In this document: positions 26,051-32,000 of the stretch, piece after piece
Layout of the letters: every line of letters begins with the position of its first letter
Numbering within the stretch: the stretch's first letter is position 1
Assembly: GCA_029983695.1 (NCBI GenBank)
Contig: JASBZB010000010.1
Location: 79,067 to 111,066, forward strand
Reading direction: 5' to 3'
DNA from: Clostridiaceae bacterium
Lineage (GTDB): Bacteria; Bacillota; Clostridia; Lutisporales; Lutisporaceae
Length of the DNA: 32,000 nt
The notes under the pieces: generated by a model
Databases searched by the model: none
What the model was told of the DNA's origin: nothing
Seen by the model: the letters and a program-made list of their open reading frames with translations, nothing else
Position numbers and translations under genes: made by a program

Positions 26051-26063
26051 TTTTTTGTTTATT

Positions 26064-26092
26064 ATACTAGCACTATTAAAATCCTGTGTCAA
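26064..26092 (-). promoter_or_regulatory. Candidate promoter of the ABC/M14/amidohydrolase operon
   Basis: The minus strand reads TTGACA (26087-26092), then 17 nt, then TAGTAT (26064-26069). Confidence 0.4.
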
Positions 26093-26161
26093 TGAATTTA
26101 TCATTTTATTCTTACTATTCTGCAAAAATATAAATTTATTGACTTTACAGTTTATTTATAT

Positions 26162-26190
26162 TTACTAAATTCCCTAATCTTTGGTACAAT
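26162..26190 (+). promoter_or_regulatory. Candidate promoter of the TetR gene
   Basis: TTACTA, then 17 nt, then TACAAT with an extended -10 (TGgTACAAT). It lies about 30 nt upstream of the RBS TAGGAGGT. Confidence 0.35.
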
Positions 26191-26222
26191 GAAAACAATT
26201 AAGTGATTCTTAGGAGGTAAAC

Positions 26223-26747
26223 ATGCCCAAAAAAACATTTTTCAACTTGCCGCCTGATAAGAAACAAAGAATAATAGATGCAGCATATGATATATTTATT
26301 GAAGAAGAATACGAGAAGGTAAGCATCAGAGCTATCACAAAAAAAGCAGGCATATCATTAGGCAGCTTTTATAAATATTTTGATGACAAAGATGAATTGT
26401 ATCTATATTTGTTAACCTCTATCGGAAAAAAAATATATGATAAGGAAAAGGAGTATGAGGGTATATTTTTGTTGAGAAAAGGTTATATACCGCTTGAAAA
26501 AATATGCTCTGAAAAGGAAATTGAATTTGATAAAACTTGGTATAAGGCTCCTGTAGAAGTTATGAGAAAATTCTATTTTGGGGAATACAGCAAAGAATTG
26601 AACAGCATTTTTAGGGATGAATTACTAGAGCTTAAAAACTCAGGTAAATTAAAGGATTCTGTTGATGTTGACTTTGTCTTCTACTTATTTGTAACATCAA
26701 TGTTTAACATATTGATGTATTTCAGGGAATATGATATTGAAGCTTAA
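26223..26747 (+). CDS. TetR/AcrR-family transcriptional regulator
   Basis: N-terminal TetR HTH (VSIRAITKKAGISLGSFYKYFDDKDELY), 174 aa, strong RBS AGGAGG. Confidence 0.88.
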   Translation: MPKKTFFNLPPDKKQRIIDAAYDIFIEEEYEKVSIRAITKKAGISLGSFYKYFDDKDELYLYLLTSIGKKIYDKEKEYEGIFLLRKGYIPLEKICSEKEIEFDKTWYKAPVEVMRKFYFGEYSKELNSIFRDELLELKNSGKLKDSVDVDFVFYLFVTSMFNILMYFREYDIEA

Positions 26748-26790
26748 GATAAAAAATGACTACTATACTAATTTATTTTTAACTGGCATA

Positions 26791-26825
26791 CTAAAGGCTG
26801 AATAGGCATACTGCCCAGCCTTTAG
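26791..26825. terminator. Stem-loop between convergent genes (tetR and M42), a possible bidirectional terminator
   Basis: Perfect 10-bp stem CTAAAGGCTG/CAGCCTTTAG with a 15-nt loop. The flanks are only weakly T-rich on either strand. Confidence 0.4.
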
Positions 26826-26850
26826 TATTACCGCTGCTCTCAAAAAGGCC

Positions 26851-27849
26851 TTATTCAAAGGAGAAATTTCTGTTTACATACATACTAAGCAACTTTGCGG
26901 AGGCCTCTATATCCTCCATATTGGACATGCTGTTAGGCCCATGAGGATATCTTGTCACTATTGTTATGCCGCTGGCCCTTACTCCATAATTAGAAAGATT
27001 GATGGAGCTTGCGTCAGTGCCGCCTTTATCGATTACGTCATACTGATATTTGATATTGTTTTCTTCACAGCATCTGACCATCTCGCTTATGAGATATTCA
27101 TCACATATGACCGATGGGTCTGATACTTTTATTCCCGCACCGGCTCCCAAGGCATTGCTGCCCTCCAGATCACATGGATAATCATGGGCTGGAGTGATAT
27201 CTACCGCAATGCCTATATCAGGCTGAATTCTCTGTGAGGCAACCTTTGCCCCTCTGCAGCCCAGCTCCTCCTGGACGGTGAAGACCAGATATACATCATT
27301 TGCCGGAGTGCCCATATCCATCAAGGCCTTCATCATCACATAACAGCCTGACCTGTTATCCAAAGCCTTAGCGGTGATATTTCCGCCCTTCAGCTCCGCA
27401 TATTCACCGATATAATTGGCCACATCACCTACTTTTACATACTCCATGGCTTCTTCTTTGCTCCTGGCTCCGATATCCACACAAAGCTTAGTAAAATCTC
27501 CCTTGACATCCTCCATCTTGGTAGTGCTGGTCACTATGCCGGTTATGCCGTTTCTGAACCTTACCCTGCTCATATAAGTGGTATCGGCCCACAAGAATCC
27601 CAAAGTCTTAACCTTTATCAGGCCGCTGGGCTCGATCTTGGTGACCTGGAGCCCGATCTCGTCCATATGAGCTGCTGCCATAATCTTTTTCTTATCCTTG
27701 GCTGATCCCTTTTTATAGACGATCAAATTCCCCAGTGCATCGACCATAACCTCATCTGCGTAATCCTGCACCGCATCCTTTATCATATCTCTTACTTCCT
27801 TCTCATAGCCGCTGACCCCGAAGGCCTGGGTCAAATCCTTCAACAACAT
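26851..27849 (-). CDS. M42-family metallo-aminopeptidase (FrvX/YsdC/PepA-like)
   Basis: N-terminus MLLKDLTQAFGVSGYEKEVRDMI, with metal-ligand motifs AHMDEIG, ALDNRSG, QEELG, AVDIT and RYPHGP. I place the start at ATG 27849 (GGAGAGGTG upstream). The listed 403-aa ORF runs through the ferredoxin gene and is an artefact. Confidence 0.88.
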   Translation of the reverse strand: MLLKDLTQAFGVSGYEKEVRDMIKDAVQDYADEVMVDALGNLIVYKKGSAKDKKKIMAAAHMDEIGLQVTKIEPSGLIKVKTLGFLWADTTYMSRVRFRNGITGIVTSTTKMEDVKGDFTKLCVDIGARSKEEAMEYVKVGDVANYIGEYAELKGGNITAKALDNRSGCYVMMKALMDMGTPANDVYLVFTVQEELGCRGAKVASQRIQPDIGIAVDITPAHDYPCDLEGSNALGAGAGIKVSDPSVICDEYLISEMVRCCEENNIKYQYDVIDKGGTDASSINLSNYGVRASGITIVTRYPHGPNSMSNMEDIEASAKLLSMYVNRNFSFE

Positions 27850-27854
27850 TTTAT

Positions 27855-28139
27855 TCACCTCTCCAATCCGGCTTTTTCCTTTCCAGTCAAAGCCTTTTTC
27901 TTTACCCAATGCACTTGATTCATAAGCGGGTGGCGCAGCTTTATGGCACCATCTTTGGGACACTCCATGACACAGCAGCCGCAATACCAGCATTCCCCCG
28001 GATAGGCAACTATCGGAGGCTTTCCCTTCTCGGCATTGGGAATCAGGATATCTACCTGGCATATTTCAACGCATCTATTGCAGCCTATGCATTTATCCGG
28101 GTTGTAAATAATAGGGTTTGCGGCAGGCATCTCTCTCAT
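27855..28139 (-). CDS. 2x[4Fe-4S] ferredoxin-type protein, AprB-like
   Basis: Two cluster motifs, CIGCNRCVEIC and CWYCGCCVMECP. The start ATG overlaps the flavoprotein stop (ATGA at 28136-28139). Confidence 0.85.
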   Translation of the reverse strand: MREMPAANPIIYNPDKCIGCNRCVEICQVDILIPNAEKGKPPIVAYPGECWYCGCCVMECPKDGAIKLRHPLMNQVHWVKKKALTGKEKAGLER

Positions 28140-30076
28140 TCCTTATCCCCCCTTATATAATCTTGATTATGCTTTTCATAATTTTCCTTCACATCGCCGA
28201 AATAGTCAACAGGTACTTCTCTTTTTTCCGTTTTTCCATCAAGCTGCTTTATTATGATAAGCTTCTTGCTCATGCCTTCATCTTCTATGCTGTCTCCCCT
28301 GTCAAAGCACAAGGGCTTTGAGCTGGTTCTTCTGGTTAATGACGCTTCCATGATCATCTGAGCTACTGTAAGTATGTCAAAAACCTCAAGAAGTCTTACC
28401 AATTCATGAGGATTATAGGCAAAGGTCTGAGGTACCACGTTCTCCTCATATTCCTTCAATCTGGCCAAGCCTACCTTCAGCAGCTCTTGATATTTGACCT
28501 CTCCGCAGTAGTTTTGCATGGTCTTGGCTATGCCCATATTCAGCTCTTTCCATCCTATGCTCACAGACGGGTCATTCTTCAGGGGTGCGTATACTCTGGC
28601 TTTTTCTCTTTCTATTTGCTTTATATTCCATGCTGCAGATTCATTGGCATCAGCAAATTTAGCGGCATGCCTGCCTGCGTAGTAGCCCGTAGTGGCAGCA
28701 TGGCCATAGCAATTTGAAGCATAAAGAGCGTCTCCCGCCGAGTATAAGCCTTCCAGATTGGTGCTTAGGGACCAATCGTTGAAAAAGCCGCCGGGCAAGC
28801 CAAACAGCTGCCGCTCCTGGGGAAGAAAGCTTGCGGAGGTCCAGCCGGTACCATAGCATTGAAGGACATGCTCCTCAGGGTCAAAGCCCGCTTCTGTGTA
28901 ATTCTTGTATATAGGAACCTTGGTCTTGCCTTCTTCTCCTACCATCATGCCCCAGATCACCCGTCTCTCATCGCCGGGCAAAGCCGATAAATCGGCATAA
29001 AAAGGCAGCTTATATCCTTTCTCTATCATCTTCGAAAAAGAAAGGGTCTCCGGCCCCTCAATACCATACTTAGGATAATCTACGCTTCCCCCCTTGAGGA
29101 AAAACTTCTGATCTCTGGCAGGCTTGAACCTGTCGCCGACACTTTCCAGTATATTTCCGTCCCTGTCTGCATAAGGTATTTCTTTGCCTCTCGAATCTAT
29201 TATTGAAGCAGCATACCAGGTATTATGATTGTTGCCGGCACCATATGGAGGATAGCTCCTTCCTGAAGCAGAAAATTCTGCCGGTACGGATTTTTCCATC
29301 ATGGCAAACTCAGCACCGGCCCTCCAGCCCATGGCATGTCCATCTCCGATGCATTGTGTGGGCCTGAATTCGCATAAGCCGGGAAGCTCAGCAGAAAAAA
29401 GCCATACCCTGGCCGGTCGGGACATGCATATTATACTGGATTTGGCACTGAAAATATAAAATTTGCCTGTCCTCGTGTGCATGCCTGTTGCACCTATGCA
29501 TCTGGTCTCCTGCAGGCCCCCTTCTGTCAGTAAGGATGTAACCATTACCCTGTCTACAATCTGTACATCTAATCTTCGCAGTTCCTTATACATAGCAGGC
29601 TTAAATGTGGAACCCCAGATCCTCAAAGTAAATTTATTTTCATAATCATATGCAAACATGAGCTTTGTTTCATCATCACGAAACTCCGCTCCCGCAAATT
29701 CATCGCCTGTGTCCCTTATTTTGCCTCCCATTTTTTCAATATCTAAAAGCCTGTCATATCCCTCCCTGCACTCTATATAGTGAGATATTCCATTGTTGAA
29801 GCCATCATTGTCATCCAGCATAGCTTGCACCAACTCCTCAGGAGTAACCTTAGAACAAGGATTGGCAGCCGCAGACTCCCAATGGTCGCAGCCGGAGCCG
29901 CCTGCTCCGCTTCTCCTGGTCGCGCCTTTCTCTACCAGCACAACCTTCTGGCCTGCCCTGGCAGCAGCAATGGCAGCCATACAGCCGGCGATGCCTCCTC
30001 CAAGCACCAGAACATCTGCGTATACGATCTCTTCCTTGTCATACTCCAGGGGGTAAGGCCATTCATAATTATGCAT
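28136..30076 (-). CDS. FAD-dependent oxidoreductase of the fumarate reductase/AprA-like flavoprotein family
   Basis: N-terminal dinucleotide fold VLVLGGGIAGCMAAIAAARAG..VVLVEK, and a C-terminal FAD motif GLYSAGDA. About 646 aa. I place the start at ATG 30076 (MHNYEW) with GGGAGGG 5 nt upstream. Confidence 0.85.
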   Translation of the reverse strand: MHNYEWPYPLEYDKEEIVYADVLVLGGGIAGCMAAIAAARAGQKVVLVEKGATRRSGAGGSGCDHWESAAANPCSKVTPEELVQAMLDDNDGFNNGISHYIECREGYDRLLDIEKMGGKIRDTGDEFAGAEFRDDETKLMFAYDYENKFTLRIWGSTFKPAMYKELRRLDVQIVDRVMVTSLLTEGGLQETRCIGATGMHTRTGKFYIFSAKSSIICMSRPARVWLFSAELPGLCEFRPTQCIGDGHAMGWRAGAEFAMMEKSVPAEFSASGRSYPPYGAGNNHNTWYAASIIDSRGKEIPYADRDGNILESVGDRFKPARDQKFFLKGGSVDYPKYGIEGPETLSFSKMIEKGYKLPFYADLSALPGDERRVIWGMMVGEEGKTKVPIYKNYTEAGFDPEEHVLQCYGTGWTSASFLPQERQLFGLPGGFFNDWSLSTNLEGLYSAGDALYASNCYGHAATTGYYAGRHAAKFADANESAAWNIKQIEREKARVYAPLKNDPSVSIGWKELNMGIAKTMQNYCGEVKYQELLKVGLARLKEYEENVVPQTFAYNPHELVRLLEVFDILTVAQMIMEASLTRRTSSKPLCFDRGDSIEDEGMSKKLIIIKQLDGKTEKREVPVDYFGDVKENYEKHNQDYIRGDKE

Positions 30077-30113
30077 AATAACCCTCCCAAAATGTTTAAA
30101 TATTTTCACAATG

Positions 30114-30142
30114 ATGTTAACACAATATCGTATATCTTGCAA
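30114..30142 (-). promoter_or_regulatory. Candidate promoter of the flavoprotein-ferredoxin-M42 operon
   Basis: The minus strand reads TTGCAA (30137-30142), then 17 nt, then TAACAT (30114-30119). The -35 element overlaps the 18-bp palindrome. Confidence 0.35.
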
Positions 30143-30155
30143 TATATATATTGCA
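30138..30155. promoter_or_regulatory. Candidate GntR-family operator (perfect 18-bp palindrome)
   Basis: TGCAATATATATATTGCA is a perfect inverted repeat. It is immediately followed by a second 12-bp palindrome, ATTTTGCAAAAT (30155-30166), and lies in the divergent control region. Confidence 0.4.
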
Positions 30156-30177
30156 TTTTGCAAAATGTTAAATGCCA

Positions 30178-30206
30178 TTGCCTTGTATATCTTTTTATGT
30201 TAAAAT
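30178..30206 (+). promoter_or_regulatory. Candidate promoter of the GntR gene
   Basis: TTGCCT, then 17 nt, then TAAAAT. It lies about 65 nt upstream of the ATG. Confidence 0.3.
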
Positions 30207-30272
30207 ATGCGGTGAAAACAAGGCGCATAAAATGCCGCCGAATAAATAATAGGAAAGTCAGGGAGCATAGCC

Positions 30273-30935
30273 ATGATAGATATTATTAAAGCTACATTGG
30301 GAGATCAAATTTATGCCGTTTTGAGAGATGACATCATATGCCAGAGGATAAAGTGCGGTGAAAAGCTCACATTAAAAGCCCTGCAGGAAAGATTCGATAT
30401 CAGTTCCACCCCGATAAGGGAAGCTATTAAGAGATTAAGCCAGGAAGGTTTGGTTGAACATGTCACCAATGTAGGTGCAAAAGTGATCAATATAGATGAA
30501 AAGGACATCAAGGAAATTTATGATTTCTGTTCTGTTTTGGATGTTGCTGCTCTCAAATTTGCAACCAACAGCGATAGATTTAATGAAATGCTCCAGGAGA
30601 TGGAAAATTGTATAAAGTCTCAAGAAATCTGCTTGAATAATGGAAATATGGAGCGCTTCAAGCTGCATTCGGACAATTTCCACGACATATTATATAAGTA
30701 TGCGGATAATTCACGGCTCTATGATGCTGCCAAAAATATCAGAAGCCAGTTTACCATACTGACCACCAAATATCAAACCTTTTTAAATGCAGGAGCATGG
30801 ATCTTAACCGGACACAAGGAAATTTTTGAAGCAATAAGATCAAAGGATATAGAAAATGCCTCATCACTTATGACAAGGCATTTTGAACACAGCAAGAATT
30901 ATTTGCTGAAAAGCATTCGAGAACAGAATAACTAA
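30273..30935 (+). CDS. GntR-family transcriptional regulator, FadR-like (winged HTH plus all-helical FCD-type C-terminal domain)
   Basis: N-terminal GntR HTH (LTLKALQERFDISSTPIREAIKRLSQEGLVE), with a helical C-terminal domain of the length expected for the FadR subfamily. Confidence 0.87.
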   Translation: MIDIIKATLGDQIYAVLRDDIICQRIKCGEKLTLKALQERFDISSTPIREAIKRLSQEGLVEHVTNVGAKVINIDEKDIKEIYDFCSVLDVAALKFATNSDRFNEMLQEMENCIKSQEICLNNGNMERFKLHSDNFHDILYKYADNSRLYDAAKNIRSQFTILTTKYQTFLNAGAWILTGHKEIFEAIRSKDIENASSLMTRHFEHSKNYLLKSIREQNN

Positions 30936-30943
30936 AACTTTGA

Positions 30944-32000
30944 CTATATCATGGTGAGATCTATATTCCTCTTCAAGAAATCCTCTGTAATCTTCAATGC
31001 AGCAGCCGCATCGTTAAGATTGCATACTTCAACCGGCGAATGGGAATATCTCCTGGGGATAGCCAATGACACAATGGCCATACCATTGCCCGCATAGATA
31101 CATCTCGCTCCATCAGTGACATAAGCTGCATTGATGAAGGCGAATTCCTGATATTTGACTCCGGTAGAAGCTGCAGAATCCCGGAGTGCCTCAACCAATT
31201 TTGGATGGCTGACCGCATAGGCCATCACTCCGGCATAGGCCTGAGAAAGGATGATCACCGGTCCCTTACCCAGGCCTACGGGAAGTTCCTTCAAATAATC
31301 ACTATCAGGAACATCACCTGCAGGAACGGTATCTATAAACAGGCCGTAATCAGGATTCAAATAATTTACAGCCGAAGAAACAGCACTGACAGTGCTCTCT
31401 TCCAGGATGCCAAATACCGCAAATACTTCTCCATGGATGTCCTCGGCTTTAAGATTTTTCATGGATTCTATAAGAATAGCGCAGCCAACTCGGTCATCTA
31501 TGGCACGCCCTGATAAATAATCTGTATCAAGCATTTCAACGCAGGGCGAATCAGGAATGATCTGAGAGCCTGTTCGTATGCCCAACGCTTCCGCTTCTTC
31601 TCTGGAGCTGACACATATATCCACATATGATTGTTTCACCGTTTGGGGTCTCGCCATTTCCTCGGGGGTCAGCAAATGGGCTGAACGTGTCCCAATTATT
31701 CCGGGCACTATTCCCTTATCTCCTTTTATCAGCACTCTTCTGCCGGGAAGGCATGCCTCAGAAGCCAGGCCCACCTTTGAGAAATACAGAAACCCGTCAG
31801 GGGATATTGTTTTTACCGCATATCCAACTTCATCCATATGGGCACTGATCAGGACCCTTGGCCCCGGCTTTTTGCCCTTTTTTGCAGCCACCAGCATTCC
31901 GTTTTTCATGACCTCAATGGAATCTGCATATCCTTCCAATTCTTTTTTTATATATCTGGCAACATCCCATTCGTAACCGCTTAAGCCGATTATTGAAGTT
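30944..32000 (-). CDS. M42-family metallo-aminopeptidase, second copy (5' end beyond the window)
   Basis: Motifs SAHMDEVG, AIDDRVG, ILEES, FIDTV and RYSHSP. The frame stays open upstream of the listed TTG at 31939 (...TSIIGLSGYEWDVARYIKKELEGYADS...) to base 32000, so the true start is outside the window. Confidence 0.85.
   Translation of the reverse strand, partial: TSIIGLSGYEWDVARYIKKELEGYADSIEVMKNGMLVAAKKGKKPGPRVLISAHMDEVGYAVKTISPDGFLYFSKVGLASEACLPGRRVLIKGDKGIVPGIIGTRSAHLLTPEEMARPQTVKQSYVDICVSSREEAEALGIRTGSQIIPDSPCVEMLDTDYLSGRAIDDRVGCAILIESMKNLKAEDIHGEVFAVFGILEESTVSAVSSAVNYLNPDYGLFIDTVPAGDVPDSDYLKELPVGLGKGPVIILSQAYAGVMAYAVSHPKLVEALRDSAASTGVKYQEFAFINAAYVTDGARCIYAGNGMAIVSLAIPRRYSHSPVEVCNLNDAAAALKITEDFLKRNIDLTMI

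Noticed and set aside
27850-28062. A 71-codon N-terminal extension of the M42 peptidase ORF (listed start 28062).
   Set aside because: It overlaps most of the ferredoxin gene in another frame. M42 proteins start with the ...L..L....GVSGYE motif found directly after the ATG at 27849, which has an RBS. The same reasoning removes the extensions 30077-30178 (flavoprotein), 20459-20494 (M14) and 22126-22140 (SBP).
28136-30076. Calling the flavoprotein and ferredoxin pair a genuine dissimilatory APS reductase (aprAB).
   Set aside because: The only support is general family resemblance and the AprB-like cluster spacing. No sat, dsr or qmo genes or sulfate transport genes are nearby, and the operon partner is a peptidase. 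I kept it as AprAB-like with unknown substrate.
1-32000. Many antisense or out-of-frame ORFs of 60-195 aa in the six-frame track (for example 4463-5050, 5175-5654, 13009-13428, 25590-26036 and 29780-30289). I also looked for CRISPR repeats, transposases, integrases, toxin-antitoxin pairs and defence genes.
   Set aside because: These ORFs lie wholly inside strongly supported genes on the opposite strand or in another frame. They lack an RBS and have skewed, low-complexity composition, so they are shadow ORFs. I found no regularly spaced direct repeats, no recombinase-like sequences and no recognisable defence domains on either strand.

Overview
The window looks like a low-GC Gram-positive (Clostridia-like) chromosomal segment: AGGAGG-type ribosome-binding sites, AT-rich intergenic DNA and intrinsic terminators. 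I count 31 coding regions, 28 of them on the minus strand. I see no rRNA, tRNA, CRISPR array, transposase, integrase or recognisable defence gene. Content by coordinate:

- **1-472:** the 3' part of a ThiF-like gene.
- **625-11435:** a long minus-strand operon for amino-sugar and peptidoglycan salvage, in the order murR, anmK, GNAT, beta-lactamase-fold hydrolase, a five-gene peptide-type ABC importer with murQ inserted between its permease and ATPase genes, then nagB.
- **11466-13955:** a MATE transporter and nagA.
- **14036-15946:** a secreted class A beta-lactamase-fold protein and a stand-alone cheX. cheX is preceded by a c-di-GMP-I (GEMM-I) riboswitch with its own near-consensus promoter and terminator.
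- **16179-16642:** a consensus promoter, a roughly 150-nt structured RNA with a terminator, and a 72-aa ORF, none of which I can assign to a family.
- **16764-26092:** a second peptide-type ABC importer operon that also encodes a cytoplasmic M14 carboxypeptidase and a translationally coupled pair of amidohydrolases, one with metal ligands and one without. A divergent TetR gene and a palindromic operator candidate sit upstream.
- **26851-32000:** an AprA/AprB-like flavoprotein plus 2x[4Fe-4S] ferredoxin pair co-transcribed with an M42 aminopeptidase, a divergent GntR/FadR-type regulator with an 18-bp palindrome, and a second M42 peptidase running off the window.

Nothing here is an unambiguous new system. 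The most promising leads are:

1. The muropeptide-type ABC/murQ/anmK operon.
2. The AprAB-like pair in a peptidase context.
3. The active/degenerate amidohydrolase pair.
4. The unassigned structured RNA upstream of the small ORF.

All functional calls rest on motif recognition by eye. No database search was run.
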